Below are positions 1 to 11,879 of a stretch of 64,000 nt of DNA, in pieces; the first letter of the stretch is position 1, and every line of letters starts with the position of its first letter. Origin of the DNA: Eledone cirrhosa (taxonomy: Eukaryota); assembly GCA_964016885.1 (NCBI GenBank), contig OZ024764.1, positions 22,196,001 to 22,260,000 of the forward strand, written 5' to 3'. The notes under the pieces were generated by a model. The model saw only the letters and a list, made by a program, of their open reading frames with translations, made no database searches and was not told where the DNA came from. The position numbers were made by a program, and so were the translations under genes.

Positions 1-542
1 CCTATATATATCTTATATTTAACAGGGAGATCTTTTACTATCCCTACCCTTTTCTCTAGGTTGTCTTGTATCTCTCTCACAGTCCCTCTAGATCTTATAT
101 TTAACAGAGATCTTTTACTCTCCAACCCTTTTCTCTAGGTCGTCTTGTACCTCCCTCACAATCCCTGTAGATCTTATATTTAACAGGGAGATCTTTTACT
201 TTCCAACCCTTCTACAGATAGTCTTGTATATGTCATTCCCTCTAGATCTTACACCTCGTATCTAGTCTATGTTGAGTGGTACGTCCTTCTCCAGTAAAGG
301 AGTTAATATTCCCAACCATCTGTCTATCCTGTTTTCTGATGAGAATGAAGTCAATCTAGTTTATCTCTTCACCTGATTGAAGTAACTAGATCAAGTAACT
401 AGATGTTTTCCTGTAAGTTAGTGTTGCAGTGTTTGTGTCACCATGTAAGTTTTATATCTATTTTATATAGAGATGTAGTAAAGTTTTCACTGTTGTATCT
501 CTACTTTCTAAATATCTTTATAATGTTTCTCTACTATTTCAG

Positions 543-904
543 AATATCACATGACCTTGACAGAAAAGTGTATTTAAAGACAACAGAAAGATGTTAAATT
601 CAAGATATAAACTTGTTTTTATTCTGTGGTGAATTATGGTGAAATATTTCTTCTGAATTCAGATAAATATTTTCCCTTTTCACTGTCTGGAATATTTACA
701 AGATGATTTTACATTCTGATTAAACTTTAGATATTTACAAAGGAGTTTTCAAAATATTTGGATATTGACAAAGATCACATTTGGTAAAAATTATGAACAA
801 TAGAAATATTTACATTAACATAGGAATATTTTCCAGTAGAGATGGGAAAATCATTATACCACTGTAATATTTGTGGTAAAGTATTCTCTCTTCTTTATAT
901 GTAG
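543..904 (+). pseudogene. Truncated paralogous ZNF exon (acceptor + UTR + half finger)
   Basis: Acceptor CTACTATTTCAG|AATATC resembles the real ZNF acceptor; internal CACTGTCTGGAATATTTACAAGATGATTTTA matches ZNF 5'UTR (~13446); 842-904 reads MGKSLYHCNICGKVFSLLYM*. Confidence 0.7.
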
Positions 905-1032
905 AACATCTAACTAAACACTTTAACTAACAAACTATTATGCTATAAAATTGACAAACTTGAGCAATGTTTAATAAATGTTACAGATTTCTCCAAACTG
1001 TCGTTTACTAACTTTAATTTGAAGCTATGTTA

Positions 1033-1274
1033 TCTATATACTACTAAAACTCTGTGATTGTGTCTTGTCTGTAATTTAATACAGCTAAAACAGTGCATAA
1101 TGGGGAAATACTTTGAAAGGAATAAAACAATTTTTGTATAAATTGGAGCACAGGTTCCCAAGATACGGGGATTTCTGGGTACCTTGATATATATAGGGAG
1201 AGAAAGAGATAGTGGTTGTGAGAGTGAGGAGACAGATGGAAGAGAGAGAGAGAGAGCTGGTGGTGTTGTTTAAT

Positions 1275-1305
<31 letters not shown>

Positions 1306-1405
1306 ATACGTATGTGTATATTTTAACTATTTAAAAATCATTTTTAAATGACTTTTAAAAAATAGTTTTAAGGGAACGTGACCCAACAGGTCCCGGGTGG
1401 TCTAG
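1033..1405 (+). mobile_element. Non-autonomous Helitron-like element
   Basis: Starts A|TCTATATACTACTAAAA, ends hairpin GTGACC-CAACA-GGTC(A/C)C then CTAG|T; internal (GA)n/(TG)n(TA)n. Copies at 16244-16610, 22506-22838, 49827-50188. Confidence 0.7.
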
Positions 1406-1589
1406 TTTGTTACTAAATACTAGATATTAGAGGGTCATGTTGTTCTAGATGTGCTGGAAGAGCCATTCCATCTCGTGAGGTTCACCAGCAGCTAGCCACC
1501 TCAGCACCTATGGTGGTATATTTATTATATTATTTATTCTTTATCATTAACATTAATATAAAAGATAATTATATATTTTTAGAGTAGAA

Positions 1590-2035
1590 CCTTTTTGTTG
1601 TGACACCTACAGAACCACTTTACAGTGTGGGCTGGGTACTTTTTGTTGTGACACCTACATGACCACTTTACAGTGTGGGCTGGGTACTTTTTGTTGTGAC
1701 ACCTACACGACCCCTTTAAAGTTTCGGCTGGGTACTTTTTGTTGTCACCTACATGACCACTTTACAGTGTGGACTGGTTTCTTTTTGTCATATTACCTAC
1801 ATGACCACCTTATAGTGTTGGCTGTGTGTTCTTTGCAGTGTGGGCTGGTTTCTTTTTGTCATATCACCTACATGACCACCTTATAGTGTTGGCTGTGTGT
1901 TCTTTGCAGTGTGGGCTGGTTTCTTTTTGTCATATCACCTACATGACCACCTTATAATGTTGACTGTATATTCTCTATAGTGTGGGTTGGGTGCTTTTTG
2001 TCATATCTCCTACCCAACCACTTTGCAGTGTGGGC
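1590..2035. repeat. ~48-bp minisatellite (with longer ~68-bp variants)
   Basis: CACCTACATGACCACTTTACAGTGTGGGCTGGGTACTTTTTGTTGTGA; arrays also at ~17218-17570, 22992-23400, 34790-35225, 50788-51160. Confidence 0.88.
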
Positions 2036-2129
2036 AGTGAAATATCAGTAATGCACCAGCTCCAATATTCAGTAATCAGAAGAAGGGAGGTAGGCATAAA
2101 AGCCAAACTTGCTGTCTTCAATTAGGTTT

Positions 2130-2560
2130 TTGTGCCAACCCTTACCTATGGTCACATATCTTGGGTAATGACCAAAAGAATATGATTGGGAATACAAATG
2201 GCAGATATGGGATTCCTCTGAAGGGTCTTTGAAGGAACGTTTCTCAATAAAGTGCATAGCTCTGAGATCAGAGAGTCACTCCAGGTGGAGCTGTTACTTC
2301 TCCGAATTGAGAGATCACAGCTGCAATACTATGGCCATGTGGTTAGAATGTCTGAGGAAAGAATCACTGGATAGATTTTACAGGCAAAACTAACCGGCAG
2401 GAGACCCAGGGGTAGACCTGAGCAAGATGGTCACATAACATCCATGAGCTTGGCTGGTCTCTCTGGGAGATCCAGCCAGATCAGTTGGAGTGGGTTGCTT
2501 CTGACAGGACCTGTTGGAGGTAGTGTTTGAGGACTCTGCCCCCAAGACCCTCTCAGGAAT
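2130..2560 (+). mobile_element. Old RTE-like LINE 3' end (copies ~17670, 23500, 35325, 51260)
   Basis: Plus-strand LTYG..WVM, IERSQLQYYGHVVRM, GRRPRGRP-like pieces across frameshifts. Confidence 0.65.
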
Positions 2561-2870
2561 GACTGGATTAATAAGAAGAGGTTGAGGTTACATCATCAAC
2601 ATCAGATTTCCCTGCTAGCAAGGGTTTAATGAGTCTACTTCAACCAAGTAAGTACTGAAGTGAGGCTACTGATCTCCCAGACAGACCAAGGATCTGAGAC
2701 TTATTTACATCAGGTCTCATTTGCTACTGAGTGCACAGAAAAGGTTGTCATGTCTTTGTCATGATTGAAGGGTTCTCCGACACTATTGTCGGGCAAGCTT
2801 TCTATGGCTAGATGTCCTTCACATGACCAACCACATTACAGCCTGTGTTGGGTGTGTTTATCATGTAGGT

Positions 2871-5237
2871 AAGATATAACAAACTGAGGGTTCTCCAAGG
2901 TCCACATAGGTCACGTGTTGTCTGAGGGTTGCACACTACAACTAATTATGTACACGACAACTAATTAAAGTCATTTAATAAAATATATTGCAGAAAGATT
3001 TGTTACTTAAATTTAGAAACATACAATGTACATACAAATGTTTTAGCAGCATTCATGAATACAAAGTAATGAAGTAGTTTGACAAAAAAGTAAAATTTAA
3101 CATGTCAACATATACTTGCAGATTGTAACAGCAACAAATACATTGTACACAAATAACAATAGTTGAAAACTGAACATTTATTTGCTACTATTCAACCATT
3201 TTTAGTGTTTTGTCCTGAGGCTTGACACTTCTTTCTGTTGACAATGTTTGGTATGTCTGGCTGAAATGTTTGTACAGTTCCAACTTTGATCAGATGACAA
3301 GTGTTGATCAGTCAGCCTTGTTCTCTGAGAAGTTTTTGTTAATTTCATGAAGGAAAATAACTGTCCACTCACATAGGTAGAACCAAACATTGCCATAATC
3401 TTTGTGACAAACTTTCTGATGTTAATAAACTTTTCAGGAAGGTATGAAAAGAAACCAGGTATCCCCACTACAAGATACTTTGTTCTGAGTGTAGAATCTG
3501 ACTGCATTTCCAATAGTTCCATCTGCAGGCATTCTTCTGCCTTCATCAAAGGTGAATGGTGCTGAGAATAATGTAAACTGATGTTCAAAAAATGAGAAAT
3601 CACAAAATCTTTCTTGAAATTTCTTTAACAACAATTCCAGGTGACTGTCATACTTAACTAAGCTAAATACAGACGCAGTATTGGCAGTGTTTTTCAGTTC
3701 TTTGCACATAGGAAAATGAACTAAATTTTCATCTGACGACGGAGATTTCCATAAGCTTAGTTTTCTAATGAAGCACTTGATGTCATCATTCAACTGATTG
3801 ATGGGTTTGTTTTAACCTTGTAATTTCAAATTAAGATCAGTTAATTGTGCAGTAATATCCACAACAAAAGCCAGATGTTGGAGCCAACTTTCATCTTTTA
3901 TTTCATCTGTGTTTTAACCTTTTCTCTCCAAAAACATAATTATTTCTTGTCTCAACAAATAGAATCTTTTCAGCACTTTGTGACATGTCAACCAGCAGAC
4001 TTCTGTGTAGAATGGAACATCAGCGAACTGATTATCCATATCTTCCAACAACTGGCTGAACTAACGGTGTTTGAGAGCACGGCCTCTGATTTAGTTCACT
4101 GTCTTTGTGACCAAGCTAAGCACATGATGCAATTTTAAAATCTTTGAACATAAATTTTGTTGATGAATAATAGTGAAAATGTGCAAATGATGAATCTAGA
4201 TATGAGTTTTCTATTTTTGTTTGTAACTTGGCAGCAACACCATTATGTCTACCAACCATATTTGCAGCACTGTCAGTAGATAAACATGCAAGTTTACTCA
4301 GATCAAAACCATGCAGACCCTGCTTGACCTTCTCAAAGATGTCCTGGCTTGTTATAGTGTCATGCATGGGGACCAGTTCAATCAGTTCTTCATAAATATT
4401 AAATTCACAGTCACAGGTCCTGGTGAAGAATGCAAGCTGTACTATTCCAGTGATGTCAAGAGTCTCATCAATAGCAATAGAAACATGTTCAAACCTTGAT
4501 GATACAGCCTTTAACTGTTGTTTCAGATCACCTGACATTTCATTAATCTGTTCAGCAACAGTGTTCCTGGTTAATGAAATGTCTTTGAATAACTCTGCTT
4601 TCTCTGGACAATTTCAGCTGTTTTTACAAGACATTACTTTACAAAATCTCCTTCACTCTAAGATTTCCCACTCATGGCAATCATCTGACTGAGTTCATAG
4701 CTTGCAGTAACGGAAGTGACATTCTCTTCCTGAATTAACATAAAACAGGTCTGTTGCTGTGTCAAGTTAGACTTCAATTCCTTGAGTCTTGAAACACACA
4801 TTGGGCCTTCATATTTATCGTAAGATCGAGGGTTTGTTTCATAATGTCTTTTTGAATTGTACTCTTTTGGCCTGGCGATGTAGTTGTTGCAAATTAAACA
4901 GTGTATCTTTCTGTTCACCATTGGGCAAAATTACTGTAATTCCCACTTTTCTTGAAACACTTGCCCTTCTTCGTTCAATTTCCTTTTTCTCTTAGCTGGA
5001 GGAGCACTAACCATTTCAAAAACAAAATCTTTTAAAATTTTGAAGGAAAGTTTTCTGTTAATGAGCTGCACGTGATTAATGGAAGTTAAAAGTAGTTGAC
5101 AAAAATTGCACAAAAAAAACAATTGTATCGAAAAATTTTTAAATTTTATATTACGAAAATGAAACATGCTCGCACTGTAAAAACCTTTGTGTGGGGCGCA
5201 GCTTTGCTTGCAAAGGGCCGCATGTTTGACATGTCTG
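2871..5237 (-). mobile_element. Decayed hAT DNA transposon (Buster/Charlie/SPIN type, GTF2IRD2-like transposase), copy 1
   Basis: Frameshifted transposase pieces (FQEKWELQ, CLIC..KEYN.KRHYET, SIAIDET..QLA, STDSAANMVG, MFGSTY); imperfect TIR CAGACATGTCAAAC / .AG.CATAACAAAC; perfect 8-bp TSD ATGTAGGT at 2863-2870 and 5238-5245 with the central TA typical of Buster-family hATs. Confidence 0.9.
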
Positions 5238-6023
5238 ATGTAGGTTACCAACACTAGGGAGGGCAGCATGTCCTTCAGTGTGTTCTGCTACATTAACTAC
5301 CAGGAGGTCACCACATGACACAAAGACTACATTTCAAGGAGGGGTCATAAAAGAACTAAATACGCAAAAAGGAAATAATTGAGCTTTGGGTCTAGGTCAA
5401 GGGGCAGAAGTGCTGCGCCCTGTGGATAAGACTGCATAAGTATTCGCCCCGGACGATGGACAGTTACAGCCACCCCAACCTCATGGGCTCCCTCTTCAGA
5501 AGAGCCACTAACGTTCTGATCTTACAGAGGAACTTGGCAGTACGGGGTCCAAGTACTTCTGAGGTCTCGATGGTGACCAGTGTGAAGAGACCTACAATTG
5601 ATGTCATCCCAGTTATGTTGGACTGTAATATACTGGGGTATAGAGAGGCCTTAACCTGTCTCAGCTGGGCCACCCAGGGTTGTGTCATCTAGGTACTAGA
5701 CAGGGGTGACTAGACCATGTTGTCAACTGTCAACACCAATAGGAGTGAGGCGAGTGGGTCCCCTTGCTAGACACCATATATAAAACGTATTTGCTAATTA
5801 CTTTAATGAATAATTTGTTTCATACGTAATTACTACTTTTAACACAATAGGATTTTGTACACGTGTTTGTTTGAAAACATCTTTCAAAGAAGTATGAGAC
5901 AGTCTTTTGTCGTGTTTATTATAATAAATTACTGTATGTTGAGCTGTTTTAACTTCTCCACCTTCCATTATTTTATATTGTTTTTGTAAAAAAACGAGAT
6001 TTTTTTCATATATATATATATAT

Positions 6024-6142
6024 GAAGGCGTGTGGCTGAGTGGTTAGAGAATTGGATTCGGAATTGTGAGGTTGTGAGTTCGATTCTCAGACTGGGCGAT
6101 GCGTTCTGTCCTTGAGCAAGACATTTTATTTCACGTTGCTCC
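6024..6142 (+). mobile_element. tRNA-derived SINE 5' part (copies 27353-27470, 38796-38914)
   Basis: A box TGGCTGAGTGG, B box GTTCGATTC, then TGTCCTTGAGCAAGAC core; preceded by (TA)n; no tRNA cloverleaf 3' end. Confidence 0.7.
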
Positions 6143-7113
6143 TTCTACCTGGAGTTGCGACCGATAGATAGTATTAGCAATTGGAAAGACCAATGGAAAC
6201 ATTGTTTCTTCGGTCCGATTTGACGAAAAGTCGATCATAAAAAGTATATAGAGAGAAACATAAACACACTACTGTATTACATATGTAAGGGAAGACAACT
6301 CTCGTTACATCCACCCTTCTTTTTGATATACGTCCTTTAAATACTTTGTTCAACGTAACCTGCTTTATTTTGTGTCCTAAATAGATTTCTGTTTAACTAT
6401 TTACGAGATTCACAATGATTCACGTAACCAAGTTACTTACATAGAGATATATTTCACATAGAATCACAACAAATGAAAATATTAAGTCAACACTCTGTCA
6501 ATCAGTCTCACATCACATGGGGTGCCGGAGTCTCCCTCTAATACTTTCTGAGACAGTCTTACCTCGAGTGATAGCAAGGCTAAGATGTTGGAACTACCAA
6601 ACACCCTCATATGTATCACCTGACACCTCGGTAAGGAGAGCTGCCAACGATAACAAGAACCTCGTTGTCAGGGACCTATCTCCTCCAAACTTCTCCAACA
6701 CCACAGACTAGAATATTCTACTCTTTATTCCCTATCAAATATATTTCAGTCTAGTCATTTGTCTTGTATCGTGTATATGTATTTTGAAAACTAACTGTCA
6801 CATTTGTGAGACCACAGTTAGTGATGTTTTTGTCTCCCTCCCACATCCTACATGTTGTAGTAAAAGTGAGGGTCACTGCTTCTGTAGACGAACGAAATAA
6901 AAGTTAAACTACCAGTAATTATCGGCAAAGTATTTATTCCAGTCTGTGATGTTTGAGAAGCTGGGCTGCTGACAACGAAGTTGTGGTCACTGTTGGCGGC
7001 TGGCTTTACCGAAGTACCCGATGACTCTTGTGAGGGTACTTAGCTGTTCTGGTAGCTTAGCTTCCTTATAACCAGATCTTACCGAGATACCCGATGACTC
7101 TTGTGATGGTACT

Positions 7114-7683
7114 TTTAGCAGTATTGGTTATAGAGTAGTCGCCACTTTAGCAGGGTGGTAGAATCAGTGGTCGTTACTTTAACAGGGTAGATGATTGAAG
7201 GTCGCTAGTTGCCAGTGTGGTAAGTGATAGTATCCTCGTTGGATTATCTTGTTGACATAGACGTGAGGGAAGGTCCCTCGATCTATTTACAATATTCCTT
7301 TCGTCAGGTCGCCAATTCCAGCAGCATGGATTATAGATGTTATTGAGACACGAGTAACATAATAATGATTTCAACAGCAGTAATTAGAGATGAAATGTTT
7401 GTTTATTTATATGGTTGAAGTTACAGATAAAAAGAGGTTACAAAAGGGAATGTGCCATTGCGCCGTTAAGCCGGCGAGGCTAGGGTGCAAATGTCACCGT
7501 TACATTATGCATGTTGCTGGCTTGAAGTTTCCGGTACAAGAGAGAGATTCTTCAAATCTTCGCGGGGAATTTCTTCCTCGGGGCGCGTAGGGATACATCC
7601 TCTTCTACTGGCGCTGATTGGCTGAACTGAGCCAAATCACGCACAGAGAATGTATGTGAGCCCGCGGAACGTAGGTCACTACA
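7114..7683. mobile_element. Probable solo LTR, unique to unit 1
   Basis: 570-bp insert into a ~75-bp local repeat; ends T(T)TAG...CTACA (one mismatch from TGTAG...CTACA); TSD TACT at 7110-7113 and 7684-7687; contains CTGATTGG (CCAAT) and a minus-strand AATAAA. Confidence 0.6.
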
Positions 7684-8159
7684 TACTTAGCTGTTCTGGT
7701 AGCTTAGCCTCCATATGACCCGATCTTACCGAGATACACGGTGATCTCTGTCAGGGTACTTAGCTGTTCTGGCAACTTAGCCTCCATATGACCCGAGATA
7801 CCCGGTGATCTCTGCCACAGTACTCGATTGATCCAGCACCCTACTATTTCTACCAACAGGTTATATCGAGGTATCAAGTGATACTCTTTTCAAGTCAAGA
7901 CCTCCCCTGTCTTCCCACTGCCCTGTATTTTTACAGACTCACGAAAGTGGACACCACCTGAAGGAGAGAGTGGTTGGTGTAGTGGTCATCGCTGGCTATT
8001 GTCCGAGTGACACAGGTAAAATACACTACCTAGACTGAGGTAAAACGTCTACCGTCCATTCCTCACCACCAACACCTTACTTTCTCTATTTTAATTACAT
8101 TTACTGTTTTCAACTTCATTTTTTTATTACAAACTTTACATAATTTAATTCGGTAAAAA

Positions 8160-8308
8160 TATTTTACGTCACAAAAAAACTTGACCTTTGACATTGAAGC
8201 ATGCGCAGTGGTGCAGTTGTCGACTTCCTGTCCACGTGTTAGTCTTCCTACAACAACATTTAGACAACATTTCTGTAAATACTAAACTCCTGAGACTATA
8301 ATGTAAGT
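8160..8308 (+). promoter_or_regulatory. Putative promoter and short non-coding exon 1 of ZNF A
   Basis: Cluster of TTACGTCA (CRE-like), GCATGCGCA 8199-8207 (NRF1/EWG-like), ACTTCCTG 8223-8230 (ETS), CACGTG 8233-8238 (E-box), then a consensus donor AT|GTAAGT at 8303-8308 followed by very AT-rich intron-like DNA. Motif-based only. Confidence 0.6.
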
Positions 8309-9789
8309 ATTATGTCTATTAATATTGTAGATTTAAGCTCACTTTTCACATCACAAATATATATTTTCTTGTTTGTTTCATTACTGGAAATATAAAATGT
8401 TATCGTAATTATCTATATTTTACCTACCTCTAATTAATTAAAGTGAAAACTTTTATTGTTGCTGAAAAATAAATTAACAAAACTAAATATTTAAATATTC
8501 TAAAGGTCGTTTTTATATTATGTGATGATATAATTAATATATTTTATTACAATTGTATAAATTTACAGTAGAATAACGTTGTAAATATGTTTTAAATATA
8601 TACATAAATAACATAAGTGTGTAAATAACATTATAAATTGCTGGCAATTCCTTGAGAAAGACATTACAAATATATTGTCTAAACTGTGTGTAATAATATA
8701 ATTTATTGAACAATAATGATAAAGGAAAGAAAAACACAGTGGGAGATGGCAATTGACCACCAAACGAGGTAAACATTTTCAACTTACCCCTTTTTTTGCT
8801 TTGTCCGAGACAACTCAAAATATTCTTCAAGGAACTGGATTTTCCATTCGGTTGGATCGAACGGATTTTACCATTTATAATCTACGGAGAGGAATAACAG
8901 ATGTTCGGAGGAAAAAAGAATTGTTTGTGGCAACAACGTAGGGAACCAACCTGGAGCAATTGTATCACACAATTATACTTTCCTCCTTAACATACACTTA
9001 CAATTTTTCAAAATCAAACCCCCCAAATATAAAATATAAATAATTATAAATGGCGAGGAACCATCCCATCTCCCTCTTGAAATAACCTGAATCTATTTAT
9101 AGTCAGGTGTGACTGAAAGGTCAATCCATACTTCCATTCTATTTCACAGAATTAGAAGCTTTGACCACTTGATAGAATTCAGGTCCAGTAATGTAATCAC
9201 TCCGTAATTGTAAACATCTTGTATCACTATCATTCAGGTTTTGATTTTACTTAAGTCTTGCCCATGTTTTTTTTTTTTTTCTTTTTTTTTACACAAACTC
9301 ACAATTTCGGTTTTTACTGCGGATTTACCCATGCGAACTATTACACAAACTCACAGCCTTAGATTTTGTATTTCTAGCGTTTTTATTTTCATTCTCTTTG
9401 CATGTTCAGTGCTCTTTCTCTCCCACTGTATTTATCTGCCTCTCACATGACCACACTCCTCTCTACGTACTCATCATCTTCTCACTCCTTCTACACCTTC
9501 TAACGCTGGCCCTCTACTGCCGGCTGTTGCCAGCCCGCCACCTGATTGCGCCCTCTGTGCCCGCACTAACCAGTACTTAAAGACAATTAAATGTCACCTA
9601 TGCCACGCAAGCCAAAGCTCAAGCCGAAAGGCTTCAACACTGGACCTGTCATCGGTGCCACTTCAGCTCTGACTATTCCATGGGGATGACCAACACTCTA
9701 CCGACGACTTTGCCACAGCCCCCCAGGGCTTCTCCAAATCAAAGCTCCTTAGGAGCCCCGATCACAGACCTGGCCTTCGAGTCAACCGT

Positions 9790-10920
9790 CCAATCGAAGA
9801 TGGTTGGCCTTGAGCAGCTGCTGAGGAATATTGAAGATATCGAACCCCATCAAAGTTTCTTCTTACTCAGGAACTACCTGTCTATTCCTAAGCTTCTGTA
9901 TCTGCTCAGGGTCAGCCCCTCTCACAGATTTCCATCCTGCCTCCAACGCTTCGACGACCTAATCTTCGAGAGACTCGAGTGTCTGGTCAATGTTAGTAAG
10001 TGTTCGTCCCTCTCTCTCCCCTGCTTCCTTTCCTCCACCCAAGCTTGCAGCATCCTCTCCTCTCCAACATGGACTAGTTCCAACAGGGAGTTGTGTGAAG
10101 CTCTCCAGCAATGGAGTGAGTTGGGCATGTCTCTTCCTGAGAAGGTGGAGGACAGTCGAAGTCAGAGAACTTGGGACAGGATACGTTGGAATGCCACCTT
10201 CGACTCCCTCTTTGTCCTCTCAGATCAGTTTACAAGGTGCAGCTTACCATCTGCCAGTGCCAAATACTCCGGTGACTGGGTCGATGCCTTACCCGTGGCC
10301 AACGTTGGAGGCCTACTCAGCCTGGATGAAGTTCGTGTCTCCATCACCCTCAGAGTGGGAGCTGACGTCTGCATGGGTTTGAGATGTGGCTAACTCCTCC
10401 ACTCCACAGGCCCCCACGGTCTTTCTTGCCGCCTGAATGCCGGCCACTTTGCCCGTCACACGGAGCTAAACTTTATTCTGAAGAGAGCTTTGGCCCGGGC
10501 AAACATCCCCTCGGTCTTGGAACCATCTGGGTTGTCCAGAAGTGACGGCAAAAGACCTGACGGCCTTACCCTGTGCCCCTGGTCGAGAGGCAGGTGCTTA
10601 ATCTGGGACGTCACTGTTAGTGACTCCTTTGCTCTTTCCCACATCCTTGATGCTGCGGTAAGGACGAGAGCCACAGCTTCGGCAGCCGAGCGGAGTAAGA
10701 CCCTCAAATACTCTGATCTGTCGGCCAGCTACATTTTTCAGCCTGTGGCTTTCGAGACGTTTGGGGGAGTCGGGCCGCTGACTGCGAGGTTCCTTTCTTC
10801 ACTGGCGGCTCGCCTTATAGAGGTAACTTTCGAAATCGCGAGGGCGCTTGGCTGTTCCAGCACCTCAGCCTCGCCATCACCCGATGTAACACTGCCAGTG
10901 TGCTGGCTTGCCTCAAAACT
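9790..10920 (+). mobile_element. Non-LTR retrotransposon 3' fragment with restriction-like endonuclease (CRE-clade-like)
   Basis: ORFs 9680-10393 and 10490-11023: IPKLLYLLR, RH..LN, LEPSGLSRSDGKRPDGLTLCPW..G..LIWDVTV, PVAFETFG; disrupted by stop/frameshift. Confidence 0.8.
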
Positions 10921-11307
10921 CATTAGAGAGGTTTCCCAGTACCCCTCGTTGCTGTCTTTTGCTCTGGTGTTGGCTCCGTTGTCCACCCCTTCCTTTACAT
11001 TTTCTTTAATATTGCAACATTGAAGGAATTTATCTTTCATTGTATCATCCTTTATAGTGTTACCGAGGCATTTGTAATGTTATTTATATACTTAAAACAT
11101 ATTTGTTATGTTATTCTACTGTAAATTTATTTATATGCTCTGTTTATGTTTTCATTCTGAAGGAACTTATCCACTTGTGTTGATATAAGTGATTCTATGA
11201 CATTCCTCTAAGCATTGTGTCATTATATATGTTATTATAAACGTGAATAAATTGAATTTATAGTGTGATAATAGGCCACACCTCACACCCTAGGGGTTAA
11301 CTACACA

Positions 11308-11512
11308 CTTTGAGGCAAGCCAACACACTGGCAGCATTACAACGGGTGATGGTGAGGCTAAGGTGCTGAAATAACCAGGTACCCTCACGGGTATCACCTG
11401 ACGCCTCTGTAAGGTGAGGCTAAGGTGCTGAGATAACCAGGTACTCTTACGGATATCACCTGACACCTCAGTAAGGTGAGGCTACGGTGCTGAAATAACC
11501 AGGTACCCTCAC
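11308..11512 (-). mobile_element. Older antisense fragment of the same CRE-like 3' end, locally amplified as ~60-bp tandem repeats
   Basis: 11308-11390 is the reverse complement (with mismatches) of ~10838-10917; related fragments at 6565-6700, 27900-28035, 39350-39480, 40592-40778, 55205-55290, 56373-56558. Confidence 0.7.
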
Positions 11513-11872
11513 GGAAACGACTAGATTTGTAGAAAAAGTAGGGTGAAAGTATACAAAGAGATGTAGTTTCACAGATCTACTCACACCTCACGTTGGGTGG
11601 GAATAATTATTTTTCTTATAATTCTTGCTATACCCCTTTTACAGTATTTTTTCTATAGACCCCTTAGATACTTGCAATAGACGTTTTATTTCCCAGTATT
11701 AGGGTTAGGGTTTCCGTTTTCAGGAAGAAAAGTCGATTGCAAACATCTAAGAGGTCGAGAAATGAAATTAAGGAAAGATAATTATTTCCCAGCCAACTGG
11801 AGAAGTGTGTAGCTCTTCTAAACTCCGATAATCCTGTCTCCCACTTCTTTATCTACAAATCTAGTCGTTTCC
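11513..11872. mobile_element. Fold-back MITE with long imperfect inverted arms and central TTAGGGTTAGGG
   Basis: Termini GGAAACGACTAGATTTGTAGA.AAAG / CTTT.TCTACAAATCTAGTCGTTTCC; inner arms GACCCCTTAGATACTTGCAAT / ATTGCAAACATCTAAGAGGTC. Copies 40780-41135, 56559-56915; right half only 28270-28374. Confidence 0.75.
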
Positions 11873-11879
11873 TGCTACT

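Noticed and set aside
2069-2257. Recurrent small ORFs (MHFIEKRSFK..., MTQPWVA..., MGCRSLPL...) as conserved genes
   Set aside because: Recurrence is explained by the segmental duplication; several overlap LINE remnants and show no domain.
3202-5269. Functional GTF2IRD2-like domesticated gene
   Set aside because: Every copy is frameshifted or deleted, and TIRs plus TSD identify a decayed hAT transposon.
6024-6095. tRNA gene
   Set aside because: A/B boxes present but no proper acceptor stem and it continues into a SINE-type core.
11699-11710. Telomere or interstitial telomeric array
   Set aside because: Only two TTAGGG units, at the centre of a MITE.
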